The translations under genes were made by a program, and so were the position numbers. From the IMG/VR virus record IMGVR_UViG_3300021960_000018: DNA of 64,000 nt; one strand, 5' to 3'. Origin of the DNA: a virus. The notes beneath the pieces were generated by a model that did not search any database, had not been told where the DNA came from, and saw only the letters and a program-made list of their open reading frames with translations. Position 1 is the stretch's first letter. Each line of letters opens with the position of its first letter. Shown here piece after piece: positions 47,716 to 58,165 of the stretch.

Positions 47716-47812
47716 AAGACTATTTTCTGCTGCATCCGATCCAACTGAAGGCCAAGGGGGGATCCGAATGTGTTAGAAGCTCGGTTCTAGGGGTGCGGTA
47801 GAAAGTAGTCTT
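47716..47812 (+). ncRNA. Putative structured RNA element (22-bp closing stem, two inner hairpins)
   Basis: AAGACTATTTTCTGCTGCATCC pairs with GGGTGCGGTAGAAAGTAGTCTT using G-U pairs. Confidence 0.55.
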
Positions 47813-47823
47813 AGGAGTGTATA

Positions 47824-48033
47824 ATGGTTAGAACTGTACACTATGTTGGAATGGATCAGGATACCTACCAACGGGCTCGGAGAGTCTGGGGTGGTCCTGC
47901 ATACTACCACAAATGGATGGATGATCGTGTTTGGACCGAAGTTGGCGACGACGATGTTGTGGTCGTTGGCGATCCAACGTATAATCCATATGTTTGGGAC
48001 GCTTCGGCTGTTCCGAACAAATACACTGATTAG
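47824..48033 (+). CDS. Small hypothetical protein
   Basis: AGGAG SD. Confidence 0.65.
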   Translation: MVRTVHYVGMDQDTYQRARRVWGGPAYYHKWMDDRVWTEVGDDDVVVVGDPTYNPYVWDASAVPNKYTD

Positions 48034-48076
48034 CAAAAGTATAAATAGCAGTGTTTACTAACAGAGGAACATTACT

Positions 48077-48943
48077 ATGGCTGAATTAAAAAAAGAGCAT
48101 CTTGCTCAATTAATCCCCGGAAACAAAGAAGTAGATGCTTGGCATGCAGCACTTGTAAAGGTTCTGCCCAAGTATGGTATCGACACTGAACGGCGTATTG
48201 CTCATTTCATTTCTCAGTGTGCGCACGAATCAAACAACTTTAGAAACCTTGAGGAAAATCTTAACTATTCTGCGAAGGCTCTAAATTCTGTTTTTGGTCG
48301 TTATTTCGGACCAGGTAAACGTGATGCAGCTGAGTACGAGCGTAAGCCCGAAAAGATTGCGAACTATGTGTATCAAGACGAGTTCCGTAGCTCTAAGATG
48401 GGTAACGTTAATCCAGGTGACGGCTGGTTATTCCGCGGTCGTGGTCTGAAGCAACTTACTGGTCGTGACAACTATACTCGCTTTGGTAAGTCAGTTGGTA
48501 TGACAGCTGAGGAAGCTGCTGAATATGTTGCTACCCCCGCTGGTGCCGTAGAATCTGCTTGCTGGTTTTGGGATACGAACAAGCTGAACACTATTGCTGA
48601 TACTGATGATGTAGCAAAAATGACCAAAAAAATCAATGGTGGAAACATCGGTCTTGAAGATCGTCAAAAGCGTTATCTTCATGCTATGGAAGTACTTGGT
48701 GGTAAGGTTAGTGCTGCTCCTGCAGCTGCTCCGGCTGCTGAAAGCGCTGCTACAGCTATCCTTAAAAAAGGTAGCAAGGGCGAACTCGTTAAAAAGATGC
48801 AAAAGGTTCTGGGCATCACTCCAGCTGATGGCGACTTCGGTCCTGGCACTAGAGCAAAAGTTGTTGCATGGCAATCAGCTAATGGTCTAACTGCTGATGG
48901 TGTAGTTGGTCCTAAGACTCTAGCTAAGATGGGTATTAAGTAA
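48077..48943 (+). CDS. GH19 endolysin with C-terminal peptidoglycan-binding domain
   Basis: FISQCAHES, EENLNYS, DGWLFRGRGLKQLTG, INGG; ADG..GP.T repeats; late promoter at 48040-48047. Confidence 0.93.
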   Translation: MAELKKEHLAQLIPGNKEVDAWHAALVKVLPKYGIDTERRIAHFISQCAHESNNFRNLEENLNYSAKALNSVFGRYFGPGKRDAAEYERKPEKIANYVYQDEFRSSKMGNVNPGDGWLFRGRGLKQLTGRDNYTRFGKSVGMTAEEAAEYVATPAGAVESACWFWDTNKLNTIADTDDVAKMTKKINGGNIGLEDRQKRYLHAMEVLGGKVSAAPAAAPAAESAATAILKKGSKGELVKKMQKVLGITPADGDFGPGTRAKVVAWQSANGLTADGVVGPKTLAKMGIK

Positions 48944-48945
48944 AT

Positions 48946-49015
48946 AAAAAGGGCGGCTTTCGCCGCCCAGTTTATAGGAGATAGATTGGGAGGGGTTAAT
49001 TCCCCTCCCTTTTTT
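48946..49015. terminator. Pair of convergent intrinsic terminators
   Basis: Minus: GGGCGGC-GAAA-GCCGCCC-T5 (gp23). Plus: GGGAGGGG-loop-CCCCTCCC-T6 (lysin). Confidence 0.85.
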
Positions 49016-49019
49016 ATTC

Positions 49020-50357
49020 TTACTGAAGAATACCGTCGACGCGGAAGATTCTGTAGTAAGTGTTGCTACGAGCAGCGGCAAGACCGCTAGCAGGAGTAGC
49101 ACCAACGAATGGGTTCGAGACCATGCCGTAGCGGGTCTTGAAGCCAATTTTTGGCTGGAAGGTTTCTTCACCAACGGCACGAACCATGGTCAATGGAACG
49201 TATGGGCAGTAGAAGACGCCGGCGTCGTAAGCCGAAGTACCTTTGTAACCAACGTTGATGTAGTCGTTAGTAGCATATGGGTCGATATAGACCTTTGTGC
49301 GACCGTTTAGTGTACCAGCGTAGGTGTTGCCTGTGTCATCAACAGCAAGTGAAGTGTTGAGGGCAGGGGCGTAGTCTAGCATGCCGGTAGCCGAAAGAGC
49401 CGAAGCCACGTCCGAAGAAGTGATGATGAAGTTACCACGACCTCTACGAGTGTCTTTAGCAATCTGGTTGGCTTCACGCTCGAGCTGAACGATAAGACCT
49501 TTAAACTTCTCAACTGACCAACGGCCATCGGCGTCTGTCTCTAGGTCGAAGATACCGTTAACAGCAGTGTTAGCTGTCGAAGCACCAAGCTGAGCTTGCG
49601 AGTTAACAGTACGGATAACTTCGCGGTTGATTTCCGCAAGGATTTCCGTTGTTAGGATGTTAGCAAGCTCTGTCTCGGCGTCAAGACCATGAATAGCACG
49701 AAGGTCCTGAGCAAGTTCCATCGAGTATTCAGCTTTGAGCGCACGTGACTTGGCAGTAACGGTGGCTTTTTCGATGCTGAAACCCATTTCGCCGAACGAC
49801 TGACCGCCAGCACCGCCGAGGCCTTCAGCAGCAGCGGTCGAAAGGGTAGCAATGTTGGCCATTGGATCGGAGATCGAGTCAGAGATCGTGCCGTCGCCGT
49901 CGCCGTCAAGAGCAGTACCAAGACCCGATGGATCCGAACCCTGAGCAGTAACGCCTGAGTCGCCGCTGAAACCAGCAGCAGCTTCCGAGAAGAGAGCTTC
50001 CGCACCCGAAGAGACGCCAGCGCGTGTCGACTTGTAGCGTGACTTAAGAGCGAAGATAAGGCCGGTAGGACCAGTCATTGGCTGAACGCCAGCAATGTCG
50101 TAGGCGATCATGTTTGGCATCGCGCGACGAACGAGCGAGATAAGAACTGGGTTCCAGTTAGCAATGCCCGAACCAGTGTTCATGGTTGGGGTTTCCGCTA
50201 GGAAGTTCATAGCATTGCCTTCTTCACGGAAAGCAATTTCTTGGTTTTCAAGAAGCTGGGCTGTGACAGCTTTCTTATAACGGTCGGAGATCGAACCGGC
50301 GGTCTCTTCGTTGAGAACCGGAGCCCATTTCTCCATTAGTTTATCGTATGACTGCAT
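49020..50357 (-). CDS. 23: Major capsid protein (gp23)
   Basis: GVQPMTGPTGLIFA, KSRALKAEYS.ELAQDL, FYCPYVPL, GFKTRYG. Confidence 0.98.
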   Translation of the reverse strand: MQSYDKLMEKWAPVLNEETAGSISDRYKKAVTAQLLENQEIAFREEGNAMNFLAETPTMNTGSGIANWNPVLISLVRRAMPNMIAYDIAGVQPMTGPTGLIFALKSRYKSTRAGVSSGAEALFSEAAAGFSGDSGVTAQGSDPSGLGTALDGDGDGTISDSISDPMANIATLSTAAAEGLGGAGGQSFGEMGFSIEKATVTAKSRALKAEYSMELAQDLRAIHGLDAETELANILTTEILAEINREVIRTVNSQAQLGASTANTAVNGIFDLETDADGRWSVEKFKGLIVQLEREANQIAKDTRRGRGNFIITSSDVASALSATGMLDYAPALNTSLAVDDTGNTYAGTLNGRTKVYIDPYATNDYINVGYKGTSAYDAGVFYCPYVPLTMVRAVGEETFQPKIGFKTRYGMVSNPFVGATPASGLAAARSNTYYRIFRVDGILQ

Positions 50358-50379
50358 TTGTCATTACTCCTTAATTAAA

Positions 50380-51414
50380 TTATTTTTGTGTTTTTCTAAG
50401 AGCAGAAACGTAGGCTTCCATGATTGATGGGATAGCAACTTCCTCGGTATCACCCTCGTCAGCAGCTTCTTCAATCGCTTTAGCTTCGGTCTTGGTTTCA
50501 TTGAAGAATGACTCTTTAACAGTAGCAACTTTCTTAGCGAAAGAAACTTCGTCTTCGAATTCGATTTTCTCGCAAAGACCAGCAAGCTTTTCAGCTTGTG
50601 TATCAGCAAGACCTTTAGCGGCTTCGGCGATCACGCGCTCTCTTTTGAGAACTTCGATTTCTTCCGAAAGACCGATAGCGTCTTTGGTTGTCTTATTGAG
50701 TTTTTCTTCTAGTTCTTCAACTTGACCAGCTAGGTCATCAACTAGGTCAACTTTGCCTTCTGGAACTTCGATGTAAGATTCAGTGAATAGATTCTTAAGG
50801 CTATTCATGAAACCTTCAGCGATTTCTGTACGAAGACCGTTCTGAATGGCGACTTTGTTTTCTTCCATCCAGTTTTCGACCACGTAGTTTAGGTAGCTGT
50901 CGATTTTCTCAACCATTGATTCTTTCATGGTCTTGACTTCTTCAGCTAGTTCTTCCTTGTACTGTTCATCGAGACGCTCAACTTCTTCAGCGATCTTGGC
51001 GTTAACAGCGGTTTCAAATAGAACCGCGGTCTTTTCCTTGAACTCTTCAGAAAGTGTAGCCTCGTTGTCGACAAGATGCTTGAGTTCTGAATTAACGTCA
51101 ATCTGAGCTTCCGAAACAACAGCTGTTTCTTCTTCTTCAAATTCCACGTCTTCGTGCATACCCTTGTACATTGCCTGAAGCGACTGCTTGTTCATTCCAG
51201 ACATTTTTGTATACATGGCGTTAATCATTCCAGCCTTTGTTTTTGGCATTGGCTCGGAATTTCTTTTATCGCCAGTACGGGTAGCAGCTTGGCCTGGGCC
51301 GGTGGCTGCAGCTTTATCTACTGAGGCAACCGACTGAGCTTCAGCGTTTTTAGGATCGTGAGCTTCCTCGATATCATCAAGCTCAACATCCTGTTCCTGA
51401 ATTTGATCAGTCAT
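50380..51414 (-). CDS. 22: Prohead core scaffold (gp22)
   Basis: LSEEFK.K...FE.A, YLNYVVENW. Confidence 0.93.
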   Translation of the reverse strand: MTDQIQEQDVELDDIEEAHDPKNAEAQSVASVDKAAATGPGQAATRTGDKRNSEPMPKTKAGMINAMYTKMSGMNKQSLQAMYKGMHEDVEFEEEETAVVSEAQIDVNSELKHLVDNEATLSEEFKEKTAVLFETAVNAKIAEEVERLDEQYKEELAEEVKTMKESMVEKIDSYLNYVVENWMEENKVAIQNGLRTEIAEGFMNSLKNLFTESYIEVPEGKVDLVDDLAGQVEELEEKLNKTTKDAIGLSEEIEVLKRERVIAEAAKGLADTQAEKLAGLCEKIEFEDEVSFAKKVATVKESFFNETKTEAKAIEEAADEGDTEEVAIPSIMEAYVSALRKTQK

Positions 51415-51424
51415 GTTTAACTCC

Positions 51425-52081
51425 TTATTTATTTTTGATCAACGAGAGGAAATTCTTGTATTCACGAACCTGTGCTTCGTAAAGCCCTGCGCGTGACGTT
51501 TTCTTAATTTCAGTCTCAATTCTTTCAATCTCTCGTGCCTCAATGATGCCATTATTCCAAACCCATTCAACACCCTCCATAATCCCATTAACGAATGCTT
51601 GGGGTGCAGATGGATCCTGAACAATGTCTACGGTAGCAAGGTGGAAATCCTCCTTGACATACATAACACCATTTCGTTGCTCGAGACTTCCCATACCACG
51701 AGTCGACACACCTAGTTGTACTCCGCCCTCAAGTAAACCTTTTACAATTTTACCCATAGGAGTATCTAGTACTTGTGCCTTACCCATAACATTATTTCCC
51801 TCAAATCTGAGTTCAGTAATCTTATGAGATACTTTATCCAAGTTAATGGTAGGACCGTCTGGGTGATTTAACTCCCCAACGGCACGACCCTTGGAAACCT
51901 GTTCTGTAACGTATTTGTTCACCGCCGATTCCATAATGGGGCGTGGATAAATTCTTCCGTTACGATTCTTCTGATCAGCCTGAGCAAAAATACCTTCAAT
52001 GACGAAATTCTTTTCGCCATTCTCTTTTGCTTCTACGATACATTGAATATCGTTTTCTACATATTCGCTGATCAGCTTCAT
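51425..52081 (-). CDS. 21: Prohead protease (gp21)
   Basis: NRNGRIY, GELNHP, GVSTRG.GS, DPSAP. Confidence 0.96.
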   Translation of the reverse strand: MKLISEYVENDIQCIVEAKENGEKNFVIEGIFAQADQKNRNGRIYPRPIMESAVNKYVTEQVSKGRAVGELNHPDGPTINLDKVSHKITELRFEGNNVMGKAQVLDTPMGKIVKGLLEGGVQLGVSTRGMGSLEQRNGVMYVKEDFHLATVDIVQDPSAPQAFVNGIMEGVEWVWNNGIIEAREIERIETEIKKTSRAGLYEAQVREYKNFLSLIKNK

Positions 52082-52085
52082 TTAA

Positions 52086-52373
52086 TTAATCCTCGTCTTC
52101 AATATCGTCAAAATCGATATTTTCTAGATCTTCATCTGTAATTTCAAAGTCTTCATCGTCTTCCTCGCCGGAGACTACAATTTCGTCGCCTTCTAGTTCT
52201 TCCTCTTCGGGTTGAACTACGCGACCACCATTAAAAATGTCTGCAGCTAAACCAATTTTTTCTTGCTCTAGTGCATCCGATACTTTATCGTCAATAGCAT
52301 TTTTAAAAATGTCATTGGCTTTATTAAAGTTATCGTCCATGACAAATTGAATCATATCCTCAATTTCACTCAT
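52086..52373 (-). CDS. Acidic prohead core protein (gp67-like)
   Basis: Position between 20 and 21; acidic; late promoter at 52392-52399. Confidence 0.65.
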   Translation of the reverse strand: MSEIEDMIQFVMDDNFNKANDIFKNAIDDKVSDALEQEKIGLAADIFNGGRVVQPEEEELEGDEIVVSGEEDDEDFEITDEDLENIDFDDIEDED

Positions 52374-52411
52374 TTTATACTCCTTGTATATTATTTATAC
52401 ATTTTAAAATT

Positions 52412-54064
52412 TTAACGTTTATTTTGAACTAATTTAGCAATATTTGAGGCATTACCTCTGATTGTCACATGATTAGGATCCTCTTTATTCTTAGCCTGCT
52501 CTTTTTCTCTTTGAGCTTGAGCTAAAGCCATTTGATTGTCCTGATCTTGTTGCGCTGCAGCAGCTTGATTCCGTTCTTCTTCATCATTTGCTGCAGCAGT
52601 TTCAGCAGACACTTTCTCTAGTTCTTTAATATCGTCGTCGTCATATCTTAATACGTTTTTCAGTACCCATTCTTTAGTAAAGTATTCACCAACATACTGG
52701 TTAACCATATCCAGTGTCTGTACCTTTTCACGCAAGATATCGTTTTCTTTTAATTCGGCAAAGTGATTGTCGCGGATGTAATCAACCACGATATCATTCT
52801 TCCATTGTTGCCAATCTTCCTCTGTAATTATACCTTTCATAACAAGCTGTTTCTTTAATAGCTCTAGGAACAATTTAGAGAATTTTTTACGTAGTTTATC
52901 GATAAACTTTTGGAACTTAACCTCATCACGAGTAATCTCTGATGATCTACCAAGTGAGAACTGTGACTCTTGCTCAAGTCTATTTAGAGGAACGTTAAGC
53001 GATCTATATAGACGCTTCTGGAAGTAGATAACGTCATCGATCTGACCAAGGTTTTCACCACCAGGAAGACTAGTAATCTCTGTGCTTCTACCACCTTCAC
53101 GGCGTGGGAGCCAGTAATCTTCAAGCATTGACATGTGTTTCCGTTCATCACGAATAACACCAGTCTCAGAATCGTAAACAAGCTTGTTACGATACTTAGT
53201 CATAATACCTTTTAGATATTCTTCAGCTTTATTCTTTGGCAAGTTACCAACATCGATGTAAAAAATACGACGCTCAGGCGCACGTGCGAGACGATAGATA
53301 ACTAGCGAATCTTCCATCATGCGGAGCTGGTTAACTGGCTTAAGAGCTTTATGAAGATATGAAACTACTTTTTTACGTGTCTCATCCAATAAACCTGAAG
53401 AAACATAGCTGACAGAATCAAGCGTCATCTTGACAGCATTGTTTGTATTTGATCCAGGTTTTTCCTGATAGATGTAATATTCTTCGACTCCGTTTACAAG
53501 TTGTGCACCTGTAGATTCATCTTTTTTGTATTTAACTTCACGAACTTTACGAATCTTAGTAGCATCAATAAATCTGAGTTCCTTGATACCAGCCTTCAAA
53601 TTAGATGGATCTACGATGATATGGTGAACTAGGCGTCCATCCACATACCATCTGCGGAACATATCGTGACCATTATCGTTAAAATTTAACATTGAAACGA
53701 TATCGTCAAATTCTTCTTTCATCGAATTCTTAATCTTGTCAGAAGCTTCCACTTTATCTAATACAAGATCAACAGACGATTCAAGTTCTGAAACCGAAAT
53801 AGATTCATTAACAATTTCTTCAATCGCCATATCTACTTCAGGATGCATCGAAATGCCTCTATATTTTAGGATCAGCTGATGGTTATCTTTTGCATGATCA
53901 CCATCAATATCTACATAATGTCCATAGATCCCAGAAGCTGACGCTGTAACATAGCCTGCACCATCCTCATCGGTAGGTGGCACAACTGATACTACTTTTT
54001 CGCTCTGAGGAGCTTTGGCTCTTTTAATCTCAAAGCCAAATAAGCGAATACTATTTTCTGCCAT
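52412..54064 (-). CDS. 20: Portal protein (gp20)
   Basis: WYVDGR, RAPERRIFYIDVGNLP, EDYWLPRREGG; late promoter at 54117-54124. Confidence 0.97.
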   Translation of the reverse strand: MAENSIRLFGFEIKRAKAPQSEKVVSVVPPTDEDGAGYVTASASGIYGHYVDIDGDHAKDNHQLILKYRGISMHPEVDMAIEEIVNESISVSELESSVDLVLDKVEASDKIKNSMKEEFDDIVSMLNFNDNGHDMFRRWYVDGRLVHHIIVDPSNLKAGIKELRFIDATKIRKVREVKYKKDESTGAQLVNGVEEYYIYQEKPGSNTNNAVKMTLDSVSYVSSGLLDETRKKVVSYLHKALKPVNQLRMMEDSLVIYRLARAPERRIFYIDVGNLPKNKAEEYLKGIMTKYRNKLVYDSETGVIRDERKHMSMLEDYWLPRREGGRSTEITSLPGGENLGQIDDVIYFQKRLYRSLNVPLNRLEQESQFSLGRSSEITRDEVKFQKFIDKLRKKFSKLFLELLKKQLVMKGIITEEDWQQWKNDIVVDYIRDNHFAELKENDILREKVQTLDMVNQYVGEYFTKEWVLKNVLRYDDDDIKELEKVSAETAAANDEEERNQAAAAQQDQDNQMALAQAQREKEQAKNKEDPNHVTIRGNASNIAKLVQNKR

Positions 54065-54131
54065 TTCTGTTTCCTTAATCACACGGGTTAGGAAGGGCGT
54101 TTCCGCCCTTCCAAATTATTTATAAGACCAA

Positions 54132-54659
54132 TTAACCTTTGATTAGATCAGGAGTAGTCCAGTACTGATACTGGAACGTAATCTGATATTCTTCCAATTG
54201 GTTTTCGTTATCGTACGACACTGAGATCGGGCCTAGATCTGAAGGCCAAGCTTCCACAAACTCATAGCTTCTAGTATCTGAACCATCGCGATTCAGTTGA
54301 TGAACTTTGAGCGTACCGAAATAGCCATCATTTAGACCTTGGTTATCTTCATGATTGTTAATTAAGCTCATCCAACGCTCTACGAACTTACGGATGGTAA
54401 AATTAGCATCATTGATAACTGTAACAGTCCATGGATCAAACGTTCTATCACCAGAAACCTTAAGCTGACGCCCGCGGAATGGAATAATGATAGGAGTAAT
54501 CGTTGAACCTGGCATTTCTGCAGTTTTGATAAGGAAGCTGGATTCTTCAGAAATCGCACCTAGTGGCGAGTTCGTAATCTCAGCGCGGAAGAGGTTGGCG
54601 CGAGCGCCACCCCCGATTAGTTTCTTTTTGAAATCTAAGACGTTGGTAACTTGAGCCAT
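54132..54659 (-). CDS. 19: Tail tube protein (gp19)
   Basis: GGARANLF, FRGR..KVSGDRTF.PW. Confidence 0.95.
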   Translation of the reverse strand: MAQVTNVLDFKKKLIGGGARANLFRAEITNSPLGAISEESSFLIKTAEMPGSTITPIIIPFRGRQLKVSGDRTFDPWTVTVINDANFTIRKFVERWMSLINNHEDNQGLNDGYFGTLKVHQLNRDGSDTRSYEFVEAWPSDLGPISVSYDNENQLEEYQITFQYQYWTTPDLIKG

Positions 54660-54674
54660 TTTCGGTATCTCCTA

Positions 54675-56498
54675 TTATACTCTGCCAACAACTTCTTCGA
54701 ACGAAACGCCAGAGCGAACCGAGATGAAGTTGAGGGTAATGAAGTTGATAGACCGAGAAGGCTTAATGAACACAGACGCAATAAATTCGTTGTTGTCAAC
54801 GACTGCAGCAGTGTTGTTCGTCTCGTCACATACGACGCGGAAGTCTTGAATACCTCTACGAGCTTGAATATCTCTTAGATATGCTTCAACTACCGAAGTA
54901 AACTCTGAACGAGTAAATTCATCGTTGAATTCAAACATAACTGTTTTAGCATATGCTACGATATCTTTTTCAATCTTGAGGAACAGTCTACGTACGTTAA
55001 TACGGTCGAATGCACTTGGTCTATTTAGTTTTGTTTTATCACCGTATAGAAGTGTACCTTGACCGACAAGAGTAGCAATAGGGTTAACCCCGGCTTTATA
55101 GAGAGTATCTCTTTCAGTTTTATTGGGGTTCCAAGCCAATCCTGTAACACCTAGGTATTGGCCGCGGCTTTGACCGGCAGGTGACCACCAAGGTCCAGCA
55201 TTTGCATCAGTAGCTGCCATTAAGCCGGCAGTGGAAGAAGCGGCTGGGATCCAGATGTATTGATCGTTATACTTATCGTAAATTTTAAAGAAGTTACCAT
55301 CCACAGCAAGATATGAAGAGTTAGTAAACGAATTAGCGCAGAGCGCGATATTAGTAGAAATACCCGCTTTTGCTGTGTTAATTATACCGGCTCTATTAGT
55401 AGATGATACTACAATGCAATCTTTACGAGAAGCGGCAATAGCTACTAAATCATTAGTGGCAGACACTTGATCGTTAAAGGTACCCATTGGAGGTGCAATT
55501 AAAATATCTACTGAAAGAGTTTCAGGATCCTCAAATCTATCTTGAGCTCTTAACTGATCTGCAAGAGCTAGAGTGCCGCTATTTACACCATTGCCTAAAG
55601 TATAAGTTCTAACTGGCAAATTGTTCGTATAAGTTTTAGCCGAACCGGCTGTAGTAGCAGTACCTAGATTTGATGAAAGACCCCATTCGTCGCTGTCGAA
55701 AGATAGAGAAGAACCGAACGAGGAAAAATAGATATAATTAGATCTTTCGTTAATGATATCTCGAATATAATTACCATCACCATCATGATCTTTTGCATCT
55801 GATGCAGTAGAAACATATGGATATTTTTCTAAAATAGTTCCGGCTGTACCACTAATAGTTCCGTTTTTATCAATGACTACTACGTGGACTTCGTCCCAAG
55901 CGCCATCTCTAGCACTTACGTAATCAGATGTACCTGGAGCCCCATCAAATTCATTTTTATAAGCCCATGCATTAAACACTGCGTTAGCATCTGAATCACC
56001 TGGGCAAATCTGAACTTCTAGGCTATTGCCTAAAGTGCCGGGATAGCGAGCGATAAGTGTATGACCGCGAACTGCATTGCCATCGCTATCGCCAGAATAA
56101 TCATCAAGATTAACGTCTTGAATATCGAAATCAGATTTATTCTTTACTAGTGGGGAAGTTGTAGCGGCATCGCCTGCCGAAGAAACTGGGGCGTAAGCGT
56201 TTCTGGCGCTAGCATCGCTTGCCGAATCGCCATCAATTTCTCTAACTACATATAGTGCATTAGCATACTTTAGGAAGTATGATGCGCTATGAAAATCAAT
56301 TGTATTTGCTGTGGTTGGCGCACCGAAAACCGATACAAGACCAGCTTCATTTGAAACTAGGATTGGCTCAGCAACGGGACCCCAACTAAAATTGCCTGCA
56401 ATACCGCCGGTTGATCCGACTTGGTTAGGAACTGATCCGGTTAGATCAATCTCCCTAAAGTTTACTGCAGGAGAAGCGGAAGGAATTCCTAATGCCAT
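54675..56498 (-). CDS. 18: Tail sheath protein (gp18)
   Basis: F.WGP, W.SPAG, GDKT, FDRINVRRLF, KP.RSINFI; late promoter at 56555-56562. Confidence 0.97.
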   Translation of the reverse strand: MALGIPSASPAVNFREIDLTGSVPNQVGSTGGIAGNFSWGPVAEPILVSNEAGLVSVFGAPTTANTIDFHSASYFLKYANALYVVREIDGDSASDASARNAYAPVSSAGDAATTSPLVKNKSDFDIQDVNLDDYSGDSDGNAVRGHTLIARYPGTLGNSLEVQICPGDSDANAVFNAWAYKNEFDGAPGTSDYVSARDGAWDEVHVVVIDKNGTISGTAGTILEKYPYVSTASDAKDHDGDGNYIRDIINERSNYIYFSSFGSSLSFDSDEWGLSSNLGTATTAGSAKTYTNNLPVRTYTLGNGVNSGTLALADQLRAQDRFEDPETLSVDILIAPPMGTFNDQVSATNDLVAIAASRKDCIVVSSTNRAGIINTAKAGISTNIALCANSFTNSSYLAVDGNFFKIYDKYNDQYIWIPAASSTAGLMAATDANAGPWWSPAGQSRGQYLGVTGLAWNPNKTERDTLYKAGVNPIATLVGQGTLLYGDKTKLNRPSAFDRINVRRLFLKIEKDIVAYAKTVMFEFNDEFTRSEFTSVVEAYLRDIQARRGIQDFRVVCDETNNTAAVVDNNEFIASVFIKPSRSINFITLNFISVRSGVSFEEVVGRV

Positions 56499-56566
56499 TG
56501 GATGTTCTCCTTAAAAATTATACGTATAATCATCATAAGAATGTTCATTACTATTATTTATAATAT

Positions 56567-58165
56567 TTAAAAATTTCGATGTGTTGGATCAATTGCCCAC
56601 TCCCAATCATCGTTTTTACGAGCTTGTTCGATTGCCGCAATTTCATCTTCGTTGTCATTAATGAATCCGAATGGTAATACATCATCCTCGATGGCTTTCA
56701 TATTTTGTTCAAATAGCATTTGTTTAATATTAATATCAGTAATATCCGCAAAGTAACTAGTGCTAATAAAATAACCAAATAAAACTAGATTCATTACTAG
56801 GTCGTCGTGGTTACCATCACTAGCTTCATAGGATTGACCTTTGGCTACAAACGTACTAATTTCTAGAATTGTATTTTGATCTACGATTTCTAATTTTTTA
56901 TTCTCGAGTACATCTTTAAATCCCGAACATCCGATACGTTTTACTTTTCTATTCATATTAATGCCGAGTGAATTCGCTTTAATCGCAGACTCAACAAACA
57001 TATTTTCATATTCTAGGTCCATATAAAGACCATTACATACCAATTGTCCAGCATCATTATTCTCAATAATTACTAAAGCTTCGTTGTAAGAAGTTGCGTA
57101 CTTATAAATAATATTGGGGAAGAGGATAGGAGAGATAGTATTATTTCGATAAACCGCGACCTGTTTCCAAGGTCTACATGTTACATCGATCACATTAAAA
57201 GTAGAATAATCCAGACCTCTTCCCTTCGCAACATCCACTAACATAATATACTCGTGGTTTTTAATTGCCTCTTCATAAATGAAAACATCATCTGCGGTTC
57301 TCATTTTATAAGGCATAGATCTAAGCGACATAAGAGTATCCGCAGAGATCAACGTATCCCCAGTACCAAAGAATGTATTACCAAATTCCTGGTCGAACTG
57401 AAGCTGTGAAGTATTTGCAATAGTCTTCCGCTTCCATTCTTCATCTCTTCCTGGTACCATCCACCAATCAACTCGGAATGGTTTATATTCGCTTACACCT
57501 TGTACTGCGCTTTCCCATATTTTATGGAACATATTACCAATACCATTTGCGGTAGAGGTAATAATAATGCGAGTGTCTTTACCAGATGAAATAACAGGAT
57601 ATGTTGAAGTATAGAATTCAGTAGCACGTTCTACGAATGCAAATTCGTCTAGATAAAGTAGGTTAACGGACATACCGCGAATCGAGCTACCAGAAGTCGC
57701 TCGTGCTATGATACGAGAATTATTACTAAATTCTAATGAACCCTTATTTAAAACCTTTGTACCAGGCTGTAAAAAGAATGGGAGATTTTCTAGCATAAGG
57801 GTCACGCGGGCGAGCATCTCCCGCGCGGTATCACCTTTGTTGGCTAGAATAGCAACTGTCTTATCTGGATGAAAGATAGCATACCAGAGAAGATAAGCTA
57901 CAGATGAAATAGACTTACCAGACTGACGACATGCTAGAACAACGGAAAATCGATTCGAATTAAAATGGTCAAACATTTCCGTTTGATATGGATAAAGATC
58001 AAACGGCACAAGACCTTTATCCAGAGAAATTACTTTACAGTATGCTCTGGCGAAATAACTGGCATCCTGAGAACATTTAACATATTCTTGGATTTCTCTT
58101 TGCGTGAAATTATGGATAACGCCATCTGCTTTAATGCTGGCATTACCATTATATGAATCATTCAT
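56567..58165 (-). CDS. 17: Terminase large subunit (gp17)
   Basis: RQSGKS, LDEFAF, STANG, DVAKG, HDDLVM. Confidence 0.97.
   Translation of the reverse strand: MNDSYNGNASIKADGVIHNFTQREIQEYVKCSQDASYFARAYCKVISLDKGLVPFDLYPYQTEMFDHFNSNRFSVVLACRQSGKSISSVAYLLWYAIFHPDKTVAILANKGDTAREMLARVTLMLENLPFFLQPGTKVLNKGSLEFSNNSRIIARATSGSSIRGMSVNLLYLDEFAFVERATEFYTSTYPVISSGKDTRIIITSTANGIGNMFHKIWESAVQGVSEYKPFRVDWWMVPGRDEEWKRKTIANTSQLQFDQEFGNTFFGTGDTLISADTLMSLRSMPYKMRTADDVFIYEEAIKNHEYIMLVDVAKGRGLDYSTFNVIDVTCRPWKQVAVYRNNTISPILFPNIIYKYATSYNEALVIIENNDAGQLVCNGLYMDLEYENMFVESAIKANSLGINMNRKVKRIGCSGFKDVLENKKLEIVDQNTILEISTFVAKGQSYEASDGNHDDLVMNLVLFGYFISTSYFADITDINIKQMLFEQNMKAIEDDVLPFGFINDNEDEIAAIEQARKNDDWEWAIDPTHRNF

Noticed and set aside
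47716-47812. Hammerhead ribozyme or SRP RNA identity for the structured element
   Set aside because: Lacks the CUGANGA/GAAA core geometry and the SRP domain IV motif
54091-54112. GC hairpin before gp20 as a terminator
   Set aside because: No U-tract, and it lies just downstream of a late promoter; more likely a 5' stabilising stem
20087-58165. Introns or inteins in gp41, uvsX, gp43, gp46 or gp17
   Set aside because: Frames are continuous and of ordinary length, with no intein motifs seen
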